Shown in pieces: positions 39,185 through 48,852 of a DNA stretch of 64,000 bases. This DNA is from Rikenellaceae bacterium. GTDB lineage: Bacteria; Bacteroidota; Bacteroidia; Bacteroidales; Rikenellaceae. The translations under genes were made by a program, and so were the position numbers. Below the pieces are notes generated by a model, which saw nothing but the letters and a program-made list of their open reading frames with translations, was not told the origin of the DNA and searched no databases. The stretch is taken from NCBI GenBank assembly GCA_015059735.1, contig SUZX01000004.1, forward strand, positions 34,844 to 98,843, written 5' to 3'. Within the stretch, counting starts at the first letter, position 1. Every line of letters begins with the position of its first letter.

Positions 39185-40006
39185 GTGAAACGCTTATTGA
39201 TTTTTATTTTAGGCGGCATGCTGTTTTCGTGTGCCTCGCCCCGATTGGTCAGCGACATCAGTTATCGCTCCTTTCGCAATCAGGATTCCGTCAAACATCG
39301 GATCAATTCGTTGCAGGAGATTCCCGCAACGGCCGAGATTGCCATTTCCACCGCCATCTCTTGGGAAACGAACAAGGTAACAATAACGGTTTATAACCTA
39401 ACCGATTCCACGATGGCGATCGATCGCACGCAATCTTTCTTCATCTATCCCGATCGTCAAACTCCGTATTATGATCCCTCGGTCACAACCCACACAAAGA
39501 CAACGGGAACCGGACGCGGAGCTTCGGTAAATTTGGGAGCCATCGGAAGTGCTGCGGGAATTGGTGGGCCGGTAGGCACTATTTTAAGCGGCATCAATGT
39601 AGGCGGATCCCGATCTTCGAGCAACAGCACCACCACCTACGACATCGATCAGCAATTGATCTATATTCCCCCGCGCGGTCATGCCTCGATGCAGCGCGAA
39701 TTTGATATCAAAACCATTCTTTCGGGGGCAGGTTTTGCACAAGGCAACAATTTTTTCGGCGTATGTATTGCCTACTCGAAAGACCGCATGAAGAGTTTGC
39801 AAAACTTTATCTCGACCTACACCATGAACAATCTGCTCATTGTTCCCGTACGCAAAGAAAAGCGCAATTACTACCTCAACGAGGCGTTGCGATCAATCTA
39901 TACAGCCAAGCCCGATCTCTTTGCCGAGAAATTTTGGTGGATTAGGTTTGCAGGAGATAGCTCTGTCTTTTATGGTGAAGACCCTATTTTGTTTGACTAT
40001 AAATAA
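39185..40006 (+). CDS. Lipoprotein, function unknown (Gly/Ser-rich central segment)
   Basis: The ORF has a GTG start and a lipoprotein signal (KRLLIFILGGMLFSC). I recognise no family. Confidence 0.55.
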   Translation: MKRLLIFILGGMLFSCASPRLVSDISYRSFRNQDSVKHRINSLQEIPATAEIAISTAISWETNKVTITVYNLTDSTMAIDRTQSFFIYPDRQTPYYDPSVTTHTKTTGTGRGASVNLGAIGSAAGIGGPVGTILSGINVGGSRSSSNSTTTYDIDQQLIYIPPRGHASMQREFDIKTILSGAGFAQGNNFFGVCIAYSKDRMKSLQNFISTYTMNNLLIVPVRKEKRNYYLNEALRSIYTAKPDLFAEKFWWIRFAGDSSVFYGEDPILFDYK

Positions 40007-40015
40007 GAGATCGTT

Positions 40016-40618
40016 ATGAAAAAATTGATTTGTATGCTTAATATCGCTTCGTTGTTTCTTGTTACCTCATGCTCTCCATACCGAAAAGTGATCGTAAAAG
40101 GAACACCCGGGACAGTCATATATAAAGAGGATGGCAAAACACAGGTAGGAACAATCGATTCGTCCGGTGCTACCAAAATGAAATTATCGGCATATTATAG
40201 ATATTATCTCTCAAAAGCACCGGATAGCAATTTGAAAGTACCCTTTGCCGTGGATGTGCGCGATGGAGGAATGGATGAAGGTGGTGCAATTATAGGGGCC
40301 ATATTCGGCTTATGGGTTGCACCTATAACTGCTGCGATATGTTTGTCATCCCGCGTGGATAAGCCGCTAAAAACCCAAACCACCAACAACGACCTTTTCA
40401 AAGGATATAAAGCGCACTATCAGCCAGTTAGCGAACAACAACCTGCTATGCCGAATACGACGATCAAATTCCACAAAGTGGAAAAAGGAGATACTGTGCA
40501 GAGCATTGCCAAAAAATACGGAGTCTCACCCAAACAGATTTACCAATTAAACGGACTCCCCAATCCAGCATTTGCCCAAGCAAATTTGCGTGTAGGTCAA
40601 ATGCTGAAAATAAGATAA
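40016..40618 (+). CDS. Lipoprotein with an internal hydrophobic helix and a C-terminal LysM domain
   Basis: The product has a lipoprotein signal (MKKLICMLNIASLFLVTSC). The C-terminus (HKVEKGDTVQSIAKKYGVSPKQIYQLNGL...LRVGQMLKI) matches the LysM pattern. Confidence 0.7.
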   Translation: MKKLICMLNIASLFLVTSCSPYRKVIVKGTPGTVIYKEDGKTQVGTIDSSGATKMKLSAYYRYYLSKAPDSNLKVPFAVDVRDGGMDEGGAIIGAIFGLWVAPITAAICLSSRVDKPLKTQTTNNDLFKGYKAHYQPVSEQQPAMPNTTIKFHKVEKGDTVQSIAKKYGVSPKQIYQLNGLPNPAFAQANLRVGQMLKIR

Positions 40619-40630
40619 TATCCCACTCAA

Positions 40631-40670
40631 ACGAAAATAGGCGATCCGCTGGGATCGCCTATTTTCGTTT
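40631..40670. terminator. Bidirectional terminator between the LysM gene and gcvP
   Basis: An 11-bp stem (ataggcgatcc/ggatcgcctat) is flanked by an A-run upstream and a T-run downstream. Confidence 0.75.
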
Positions 40671-40682
40671 ATAGTCTTTCAA

Positions 40683-43514
40683 CTACTCGTTGTTTACGCA
40701 GCAGAGATTGCGGTCACCGTAGCCGTTGTCGATCTTCGAAACATAGGGGAAGAACTTCGCACAACGTACCCATTCGAGCGGATAGACAGCCTCCATACGC
40801 GAATAGGGATGCGACCACTCTCCGGCAATCTCGACGCCTGTGTGCGGAGCATTAACCACCACGTTGTCGGCCTCACCGGCAGCAGCGGCAGCTTCACACT
40901 CGCGTTTGATCTGCACGAGAGCCGCCATGAAACGATCCATCTCGGCTTTCGGCTCCGACTCGGTAGGCTCGACCATCAACGTCTCGTGTACGGGGAACGA
41001 GAGCGTCGGGGCGTGGAACCCATAGTCCATCAGTCGGCGAGCGATGTCACCGCAGTCAACATTATACTCTTTCTTGAAGTGGGTCAAGTCGAGAATCATC
41101 TCGTGGCCTACGCGACCCGTTTCACCGGCATAGTAGGTGCGGAACTCGTTTTTGAGAGCCGACGACATGTAGTTGGCATTAACGATGGCCATCTCCGTAG
41201 CGCGACGCAGACCATCGGCACCCAACATCTTGACATAACCGTAGGTGATCGGGAGCAAGAGTGCCGATCCCCATGGCGAAGAAGCGACAGCCGTGATACC
41301 CTCCTCGCCACCGGTAGCAACCACCGAGTGCGATGGCAGGAACGGACGCAGGTGCTCGGCAACGCAGATCGGGCCAACACCCGGGCCACCACCTCCGTGA
41401 GGCATGGCAAAGGTCTTATGCAGGTTGAGGTGGCAAACGTCGGCACCGATATAACCCGGGTTGGTCAAACCAACTTGCGCATTCATGTTGGCACCGTCCA
41501 TATATACCTGACCACCGGCATCGTGTACCGTATCGACAATCTCGCGGATGCGGCTCTCGAAGACACCGTGTGTCGAGGGGTAAGTAACCATCAAACCGCA
41601 CAACTCCGAAGCATGCTCCGAGGCTTTGGCTTTGAGGTCTTCCACATCGATGTTACCGTTGACATCGCAAGCCACCGTCACGATCTTCATGCCGGCCATA
41701 GCTGCCGATGCGGGGTTGGTACCGTGAGCCGATGCAGGGATCAGCACAACATTGCGGTAGCCTTGTCCACGACTTTGGTTATAAGCGCGAATAACCATCA
41801 AACCGGTGTACTCGCCGGCAGCTCCCGAGTTGGGCTGCAACGAGCAGGCTGCCATACCCGTAATGGCGGCAAGAGCCTTTTCAAGTTCAGAGATCAACTC
41901 CAAATAGCCTTCGGCCTGATCAGCAGGAGCGAAGGGATGCATATTTTGGAAACCGGCAAGCGACAGCGGCTGCATGATGGCCGCAGCATTGAGTTTCATC
42001 GTACACGATCCGAGCGGAATCATCGAGTTGGCCAACGAGATATCGCGCAACTCCAACTGTTTGATGTAACGCATCAAAGCGCTCTCGGAACGGTAGCTGT
42101 TAAATACCGGTTCGGTGAGGTAAGCCGATGTGCGGCACAAAGCAGCCGGAATCGTGCTCTCGGCAGCACCTTTTGCGGCTTTGGGTTTACGACCTTTAGC
42201 CTCTGCGAAGATGCCGATAACGGTCTCGATCTCAGCAGCAGTGGTTACCTCGTCGAACGACATGCGTACGCAGTCCTCCGAAGGATAGAAGAAGTTGATG
42301 CCGTTTTCGAGAGCCAGCGATTGGATGACGGAAGCTTCAGCTTTGACTTCGAGGGTGTCGAAGAAATTCGAAGTTGCCAACTTATAATCGAGGGCTTCGA
42401 GGGCGCGAGCTACCGTTGTGGCGGCATTGTGTGCAGTTTCAGCAGCACGACGAAGTCCCTCCGGACCATTGTAGATACAGTAGAAACCGACCATCGAGGC
42501 CATCAGTGCCGAAGCGGTACAGATGTTCGAGGTGGCTTTTTCACGTTTGATGTGCTGCTCGCGCATCTGCAACGACATACGCAGAGCGCGGTTGCCCAAA
42601 CGGTCGATCGAAACACCGATGATACGACCCGGCATGTTACGCTTGAAAGTATCGCGAGCAGTCATATAACCGGCGCTCGGACCACCGAATCCCATCGGAG
42701 TACCCAGACGTTGGGTCGATCCTACGGCAATGTCAGCACCCCACTCGCCCGGAGCTTTGAGCAACGCCAAAGCCAACAGGTCGGCAACAGCCGTAATCAT
42801 AGCTCCTTTGGCGTGGGCGGCAGCCGCGAAATCGGTGTAATCACAAACAGCACCATTGGCCGCCGGATATTGTACGATAGCACCGAACTCCTTACCGGTA
42901 AACTCATATTGTTTGAAGTCGTCGATGATCAACTCGATGCCGAAGGGCTCACTACGAGTCAGCAACACGTCGAGTGTCTGCGGGAAGATATTACGATCAA
43001 CGAAAAGCTGGTTGCGGCCCTCTTTGACAGCCTCACGCGAACGGCAGGCGAACATCATGAGCATTGCCTCGGCGGCAGCCGTAGCCTCGTCGAGCAACGA
43101 ACAGTTACCGATCTCCATGCCGGTAAGCGAAATGACGGCAGTCTGATAGTTAAGTAACGCCTCCAAACGGCCTTGCGAAATCTCAGCTTGGTAGGGAGTA
43201 TATGAGGTGTACCAAGCGGGATTCTCAAAGACATTGCGTGTCACGGCAGCCGGCACAGCGCAGGGATAGTATCCCATACCGATAAACGAGCGCAACGGGC
43301 GGTTGCGGTCGGCCAACTCACGGATATGAGCCGCAAATTCGTATTCGCTCATACCCTCGGCAGGCAGAGCAATAGGTTTTTTGAGGCGGATCGAAGCCGG
43401 CATTACTTGGCTGATCAACTCCTCAACGGAGCCGACACCGATGGTGTCGAGCATCGATTTGAGTTCTTCGGGATTACTAACGCCGTTATGGCGTTCTGTG
43501 AAATTGTCGAACAT
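40683..43514 (-). CDS. gcvP: Glycine dehydrogenase (decarboxylating), single-chain P protein
   Basis: The 943-aa product has full-length GcvP-like sequence, including the NLHKTF PLP-lysine region. Confidence 0.97.
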   Translation of the reverse strand: MFDNFTERHNGVSNPEELKSMLDTIGVGSVEELISQVMPASIRLKKPIALPAEGMSEYEFAAHIRELADRNRPLRSFIGMGYYPCAVPAAVTRNVFENPAWYTSYTPYQAEISQGRLEALLNYQTAVISLTGMEIGNCSLLDEATAAAEAMLMMFACRSREAVKEGRNQLFVDRNIFPQTLDVLLTRSEPFGIELIIDDFKQYEFTGKEFGAIVQYPAANGAVCDYTDFAAAAHAKGAMITAVADLLALALLKAPGEWGADIAVGSTQRLGTPMGFGGPSAGYMTARDTFKRNMPGRIIGVSIDRLGNRALRMSLQMREQHIKREKATSNICTASALMASMVGFYCIYNGPEGLRRAAETAHNAATTVARALEALDYKLATSNFFDTLEVKAEASVIQSLALENGINFFYPSEDCVRMSFDEVTTAAEIETVIGIFAEAKGRKPKAAKGAAESTIPAALCRTSAYLTEPVFNSYRSESALMRYIKQLELRDISLANSMIPLGSCTMKLNAAAIMQPLSLAGFQNMHPFAPADQAEGYLELISELEKALAAITGMAACSLQPNSGAAGEYTGLMVIRAYNQSRGQGYRNVVLIPASAHGTNPASAAMAGMKIVTVACDVNGNIDVEDLKAKASEHASELCGLMVTYPSTHGVFESRIREIVDTVHDAGGQVYMDGANMNAQVGLTNPGYIGADVCHLNLHKTFAMPHGGGGPGVGPICVAEHLRPFLPSHSVVATGGEEGITAVASSPWGSALLLPITYGYVKMLGADGLRRATEMAIVNANYMSSALKNEFRTYYAGETGRVGHEMILDLTHFKKEYNVDCGDIARRLMDYGFHAPTLSFPVHETLMVEPTESEPKAEMDRFMAALVQIKRECEAAAAAGEADNVVVNAPHTGVEIAGEWSHPYSRMEAVYPLEWVRCAKFFPYVSKIDNGYGDRNLCCVNNE

Positions 43515-43663
43515 ACGATTATTTGGTTGTTTAGTTTATTAGGTTCGATTTGCGGGGCAAATATAATCATTTTGGATTATGAAACGCTCCATATTAATGA
43601 AAATAATCTTTTTGTTTTTCGGATAATTAGGCTACACCACGATCAGCATGCGGATTTTATCGG

Positions 43664-45346
43664 TTAATAGCGGAAGCTGCTGCCTCCGATAAATTCGCGC
43701 AAAACCGATGTCGGCGGGATGTGATCCGGCTCCATCGGAATGAAATTATCCAAAAATTTCAACATACGATGAGCCTCTTCATATTCGGGAACCGTATCGG
43801 GGACCTCGCGAAGAATCTTCTCGGCAAAGGGACGCAACACCGAAATCTCGTAAAACAACGAGGAGTTGAGCATGATATCGGCATTCTCCTGATAGGGGAA
43901 GATGTGTTTCTCTTCGCCGCGCCGTACCGAAGCCCAACGCGAAAGAGTTGCCAACGCATCGGCTCCGCGTTGCGCATAATCGCGCGTAAGGCGACGCAAC
44001 AGTCGGTTGTCGGAGGTGGAGATTCGCGAAAGATTATCCATCGCCACCGATGTAAGGCACGATACATAGATCTTGAATTTCAACTCTTCGGGGATTTCGG
44101 GGGTCAGTCGGGGATTGAGGCCGTGAATACCCTCGACGATGAGTATCGATCGTTCGTCGAGAGTCAGCGGAGCATTGTGCCAAGTGCGTCGTCCGGTAAT
44201 GAAATCGTAGCGTGGGATATCAACGCTCTCTCCTCGGGCGAGTCGGCGCAAATGTTCGTTAAACAATTCTACATCAATGGCCTCCAATGCTTCGTAATCG
44301 TACTCACCGTTTTCGTCCAGCGGAGTCTTTTCACGATCGACAAAATAGTCATCAAGCGAAATCAACTCGGGACGCAGTCCCAACACACCGAGCTGAACAG
44401 CCAAGCGTTTGGCCGACGTAGTTTTCCCGCTACTCGATGGGCCGGAGATAAGCACCATGCGGGTTCCACGCGCTCGGTGAGCCTCAAAAATAGCATTGGC
44501 AGCCTCGGCATATTTGCGTTCGTGAAACGCTTCGGCTACAATGATCAAAGAGCGAGCATCGCCAGCAAGGATCTGCGCATTGACATATCCGATGGAGGGA
44601 ACACCCATCAGTTCGACCCACGACTGGTATTCGTGGAAGATACCGTGCATCTGGTCTTGTCTGATCTTCCGACTTAATTTATCCGGTCGGGTTCGTTGCG
44701 GTAACAGCAGCAAAAATCCTTTGTGCATCGGTTCGAACCGGAATCGATCAACATACGAGGTCGAAGGTGCCAAGGCTCCATAAAAATAGCCCACCGTATC
44801 GTCGAGCGTATAAAGATCGCTGTACAAACGCGGGCGGGTGTCCAACAAAGCGATCTTATCAACAAATCCTTGCTCCGCATAACGGGCACGGACTTCTGAG
44901 GTCAGCAATTTCTGTCGTTTGATCGGAAAGTTTTGTGCGACCAATCCGCGCATATATTGATCAATCTCAGCGGTTTGCTCCTCGGTAAAACAGTCGATTC
45001 CATCAACTTCGCAGTAGAATCCGTTATCCCCCATCGAATGGCGAATGTGCAGTGCGTGTTCGGGATAGAGGTCACGCATGGTTTTTTGCAACAGAAACCA
45101 CGCCGTGCGTTGATATACCCGAAGCCCCTCGAACGATGTTATATCCACAAAACGTACGGAAATCGGGGTATATATTTTGTAATCAAGTTCCTTGATACGA
45201 TTGTTGACCAAAGCCGCCAAAAAAGGATGTGGCCCTTGATCGATGTGGCGGATAAGCTCTAAAAGTGGAGTCCCCATTGGGACTTCAAGCGTCTTACCAA
45301 GATTGTCACATACAACCTGAACGATATTGTTTATGCTGTTTGCCAT
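43664..45346 (-). CDS. Uridine kinase/phosphoribulokinase-family nucleoside kinase with a long N-terminal extension
   Basis: A P-loop (GPSSSGKTTSAKRL) sits in the middle of this 560-aa protein. The architecture matches Bacteroidales long udk-like proteins. Confidence 0.65.
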   Translation of the reverse strand: MANSINNIVQVVCDNLGKTLEVPMGTPLLELIRHIDQGPHPFLAALVNNRIKELDYKIYTPISVRFVDITSFEGLRVYQRTAWFLLQKTMRDLYPEHALHIRHSMGDNGFYCEVDGIDCFTEEQTAEIDQYMRGLVAQNFPIKRQKLLTSEVRARYAEQGFVDKIALLDTRPRLYSDLYTLDDTVGYFYGALAPSTSYVDRFRFEPMHKGFLLLLPQRTRPDKLSRKIRQDQMHGIFHEYQSWVELMGVPSIGYVNAQILAGDARSLIIVAEAFHERKYAEAANAIFEAHRARGTRMVLISGPSSSGKTTSAKRLAVQLGVLGLRPELISLDDYFVDREKTPLDENGEYDYEALEAIDVELFNEHLRRLARGESVDIPRYDFITGRRTWHNAPLTLDERSILIVEGIHGLNPRLTPEIPEELKFKIYVSCLTSVAMDNLSRISTSDNRLLRRLTRDYAQRGADALATLSRWASVRRGEEKHIFPYQENADIMLNSSLFYEISVLRPFAEKILREVPDTVPEYEEAHRMLKFLDNFIPMEPDHIPPTSVLREFIGGSSFRY

Positions 45347-45417
45347 ATGAAAAATTTACTAAAAGACAGGTAAAGATAAAAAAAAAATGTAATTTTGACA
45401 AACCAATATGTCGGATT

Positions 45418-46839
45418 ATGGAAAGATTTCGTCAAATCATACTATTTTGGATCATCGGATTGGTTGCAGCGGCATGCACACCACAAGAGCGTACTCTCGT
45501 TGTTTTATCCACCAACGACATCCACGCTAAAATCCAACGATTTCCACAATTAGCCACTGCTGTTAAAGCTTGCCGCGATACCGCACAGGTAGTATTGGTC
45601 GATGCCGGCGATCGTTGGACCGGCAATGCTTATGTTGATATGGCTCCGATATCCGGATTACCGATTATTACCCTAATGAATCGTTTGGGATACGATGTCG
45701 CAACGCTCGGCAACCACGAGTTCGATCGCGGGCAAGCACATCTCAGCCGAATGATCGACAGTGCAGCGTTTGCTGTCGTTTGTGCCAATGTCGTGAGCGA
45801 CACCTGTGCTTTTCCACAATTGCCACCTTATACGATCATCGAGCGTAACGGAATCCGAGTCGGAGTTGTCGGAGTAGTGACCAACTATGAAGGTCATGGA
45901 CATCCGGCAGGCAATGCCGAAAATTATCGAGGCCTAACCTTCCCCGACCCGCAGGAGGCTGCCATTGCCTGCGCGGCTGAATTGCGACCACAGGTCGATT
46001 TTTTGATCTTGCTTTCTCATTTAGGTGATAAGCGCGATCGGGAGTTGTTGGCTCGCACGAACGATTACGACCTGTTAATCGGAGGCCACACACACGCCGT
46101 ACTCGACACGTTGTTTAACCACACGACCATGACCCAAACCGGAAAGGATTTGCGCAATGTAGGAATTGCTACGGTACGTTTTTGCGGAGATCAGGTCGTA
46201 TCCATGAAGACCGATGTCATTTCGTTGGCCGACTATGTCGCAGATCCCGATTTCGAACGCGAAGTGACATTGTATTATGCCGACGAATCGCTAAATCGAC
46301 CGGTCGGATATTTTGCCCGCACGGCAAAGAAAAAAGATCTTGCACAATGGATGGCATCGTCGATCGCCCGCGATACCAAAGCCGAAATCGGGCTCTATCA
46401 TATAGGAGGTGTGCGTCTTGACTCCATACCGGCAGGTGGTGTGGGAACGGCCGCCATTTACAATCTCGAACCGTTCGAAAGTCAAGTGGCCGTTGCCCGT
46501 ATGACTCCTGCGGATTTGCGGCGAATGATCATAGCCAAATACAACGATCCGATCAACACCAAAGAGGCTCGCCGTGTGGACATTATTGCCTCGATCCCTT
46601 ACACGATCATTACCGATACAGCTGATAATGCCGTTGATGTGCGATTCCCGACATTACGCGAAAATCGCAACTATCGGGTGGCATTGTCGGATTATATATT
46701 CAAGAATTACAGAGAGATGCACTACACCGAAGGAAAAATCTCCAATCGTAGGGTTACCGATATTTTGTTCGATACACTCCATTCAACTTCGACATTGCAA
46801 CTCGACAATACCCCGTTGCAAAACGTGGTGGCACTATAA
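45418..46839 (+). CDS. Bifunctional metallophosphatase/5'-nucleotidase lipoprotein
   Basis: The product has the signal MERFRQIILFWIIGLVAAAC and the metallophosphoesterase motifs NDIH, DAGD, GNHEFD and GGHTH. The start is trimmed to the ATG at 45418. Confidence 0.85.
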   Translation: MERFRQIILFWIIGLVAAACTPQERTLVVLSTNDIHAKIQRFPQLATAVKACRDTAQVVLVDAGDRWTGNAYVDMAPISGLPIITLMNRLGYDVATLGNHEFDRGQAHLSRMIDSAAFAVVCANVVSDTCAFPQLPPYTIIERNGIRVGVVGVVTNYEGHGHPAGNAENYRGLTFPDPQEAAIACAAELRPQVDFLILLSHLGDKRDRELLARTNDYDLLIGGHTHAVLDTLFNHTTMTQTGKDLRNVGIATVRFCGDQVVSMKTDVISLADYVADPDFEREVTLYYADESLNRPVGYFARTAKKKDLAQWMASSIARDTKAEIGLYHIGGVRLDSIPAGGVGTAAIYNLEPFESQVAVARMTPADLRRMIIAKYNDPINTKEARRVDIIASIPYTIITDTADNAVDVRFPTLRENRNYRVALSDYIFKNYREMHYTEGKISNRRVTDILFDTLHSTSTLQLDNTPLQNVVAL

Positions 46840-47766
46840 CCCTTTGCGAGCTATTGCCCAAGCCAACCGATTATAGAGGCCGATGACCGGTCCGCGCCAT
46901 TTAGGCGGCAAAGCGTTGAGTACGCGCACCTTGCGCCAAGTACGCCGATATGTTTTCGTATAGGAAAATGTACGAATAGCTCGCATTGCAGCCTCCGTAT
47001 CGCCTTTGGCCGAGAGGATAAGGGCTTTCCCAAGAGCTGCACGAGCTATAAATTCGCGCTCCGATTCCGATGCCAACGGATCGTATAACGTTTCGAACGA
47101 ATAGGCAGTTTGCTCAGGAGTATAGCTCGATGCCGAACGGTTGGATGCTACACGCGAGTAATTGACCAATCGTTTAGGGGAGAAGCAGACTTTGTAGTGT
47201 CGGGCAATTTTGATCCACATATACATATCGCCACCAATCTTCATTCCTTCGGGAAATCCGCCGACATGATCAAAAACTTTTCGAGGAATGGCACTTGCCG
47301 AAGGTATTGCAATGTATTGATGTGCCGAGTCGCGGAAAAAGTCATCTACTACACCGCGGTTCGAAGGAGTTCGTGCAGGGAATATTCCGTCGTGCCCCAC
47401 GATGTCGAAGGCCGTTGCATAGACTCCGCAATCGGGGAACTCTGCAATCATTGCGGCAATCTCTTCTAAAAATTCAGGTTTCCAAACATCATCGGCATCA
47501 AGCAAAGCGATGTATTCACCCGTTGTCTCCGCAATGGCACGATTGCGTGCAGCACACTCTCCGGCATTGGGCTGTGTGATGAGCTTTACCAACGGTGAAG
47601 CAATCTCGCGCACAATTTCGGCACTACGATCTGTCGATCCGTCGTTCACAACAATGATCTCTGCGGGTTGCAAGGTCTGCGCGAGTACCGAGCGCAATGT
47701 GTCGCCAATCTCCCGCTCTTTGTTGTAAAGTGGGATGATAACCGATATGAGAGGTGTTGACATCAT
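46834..47766 (-). CDS. Glycosyltransferase family 2
   Basis: The product contains ISVIIPLYNKEREI...VVNDGSTDRS...LDADD. Confidence 0.9.
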   Translation of the reverse strand: MMSTPLISVIIPLYNKEREIGDTLRSVLAQTLQPAEIIVVNDGSTDRSAEIVREIASPLVKLITQPNAGECAARNRAIAETTGEYIALLDADDVWKPEFLEEIAAMIAEFPDCGVYATAFDIVGHDGIFPARTPSNRGVVDDFFRDSAHQYIAIPSASAIPRKVFDHVGGFPEGMKIGGDMYMWIKIARHYKVCFSPKRLVNYSRVASNRSASSYTPEQTAYSFETLYDPLASESEREFIARAALGKALILSAKGDTEAAMRAIRTFSYTKTYRRTWRKVRVLNALPPKWRGPVIGLYNRLAWAIARKGL

Positions 47767-47798
47767 GGAGTTTTCTTGCGAAGGTATTGTAAAATTAC

Positions 47799-47806
47799 TA
47801 TATTTG
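47799..47806 (+). promoter_or_regulatory. Candidate -7 box (TATATTTG)
   Basis: The box lies 16 nt upstream of the ATG at 47822 and is divergent from the GT2 gene. Confidence 0.4.
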
Positions 47807-47821
47807 CAAATAAAAACGCCT

Positions 47822-48700
47822 ATGTCTTTTGCCGAGAGAAGTCTTCGTTTCGTACGTAACGCCTTTGATACGGTTACATTCTTTGCTTTGATGGCATGGA
47901 AAGAGAACTTCCGTGACTATATTCGTCAAGCGGGGCCGGTCGGCAATCCGACCGATGAAATCATCCTCTTAGCAAATGGACCTTCTCTTGCCGAAGACTT
48001 GCCGCGACTGATTGAAACTGGTGAATATCTGCGCTGTGATTGTTTGGCTGTCAACTACTTTGCCGAAGACGATCGCTTTGCTGTCGTTCGCCCCAAATAT
48101 TATGTACTCTCCGATCCCACGTTCTTTCGTCGTTGTTGTGATTGGGAACGGGTCGAGCGTCTTTATGCCACACTGAACGCGCGGGTCACGTGGCCGATGA
48201 CGCTTTATGTACAATACTACAATCCCGAACATTTCGATTATCGGGCCGCATTACCCAATCCGAATATCCGTATCGTTCCGTTCCATTCACAAGTCTATCG
48301 CGGATTCCCTTCGTGGGAGTTTGCTTGTTATCGCCGCGGTTGGGGTAGTGGCAACTTCGGGTCGGTAATTCAAAACGGCGAATTTATCGCATTGCATCTG
48401 GGTTATAAAACCCTGCGTCTCTATGGCGTGGATCACACGTTCTTCGACGGGCTCTGTGTCGATGACGACAATCGTCTTTGCATGCGTCGTACCTATTTTT
48501 ATGAGACCGAGCCGCAATTAAAGCCACTGATGCTTACCTCCGTAAATCCTCCCCGTCCTTATACGATGGCCGAATATTTGGCCGAAAAAAGCGAACTTTT
48601 TCGCGGTCATGAGGTACTGCGAGACTATGCCCAATCGCTGGGCGCCCGGATTATCAATGCCACGCGAGGCTCGCAAATTGATGCCTACGAACGGAGATAA
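47822..48700 (+). CDS. Hypothetical protein, possibly DUF115/MptE-like (putative glycosyltransferase)
   Basis: The motif LLANGPSLAEDL resembles the GxGPSL motif of DUF115/Maf-type proteins. It is divergent from a GT2 gene. The assignment is weak. Confidence 0.35.
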   Translation: MSFAERSLRFVRNAFDTVTFFALMAWKENFRDYIRQAGPVGNPTDEIILLANGPSLAEDLPRLIETGEYLRCDCLAVNYFAEDDRFAVVRPKYYVLSDPTFFRRCCDWERVERLYATLNARVTWPMTLYVQYYNPEHFDYRAALPNPNIRIVPFHSQVYRGFPSWEFACYRRGWGSGNFGSVIQNGEFIALHLGYKTLRLYGVDHTFFDGLCVDDDNRLCMRRTYFYETEPQLKPLMLTSVNPPRPYTMAEYLAEKSELFRGHEVLRDYAQSLGARIINATRGSQIDAYERR

Positions 48701-48764
48701 TCTATCTATCAAAAGCCGTTGTACTTATCCCACGTGGTCTTTTCCCACTTTATTTTAGAGATTA

Positions 48765-48772
48765 GGGGGGGG
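48765..48772. repeat. Homopolymer tract G8
   Basis: The tract is counted directly. It lies about 10 nt upstream of a -33-like cTTG and 32 nt upstream of the TATCTTTG -7 box. Confidence 0.95.
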
Positions 48773-48803
48773 ATATTTTGCTTGTTTTTTGGCAATTTAT
48801 CAC

Positions 48804-48811
48804 TATCTTTG
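48804..48811 (+). promoter_or_regulatory. Candidate -7 box (TATCTTTG) for the tricorn-like protease gene
   Basis: This is a TAnnTTTG match about 42 nt upstream of the ATG at 48853. Confidence 0.45.
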
Positions 48812-48852
48812 TGGGCTAACCGTAGTTTTAATCTTAAAAAACTTAAAATAAT

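Noticed and set aside
38770-39396. ORFs 38770-39048 (-) and 39010-39396 (+) in the slyD/lipoprotein intergenic region.
   Set aside because: The first spans the slyD promoter region. The second overlaps the better-supported lipoprotein frame, which has a signal peptide with a lipobox Cys. Neither has recognisable features.
40809-43157. A 782-aa ORF antisense to gcvP. Similar long antisense ORFs lie opposite thrS (30456-31688), the GT3/GT35 gene (13416-14387), the tricorn and M14 genes, and others.
   Set aside because: The explanation is the same as for tuf. Each lies wholly inside a confidently identified gene on the other strand and has no start context or recognisable motifs.
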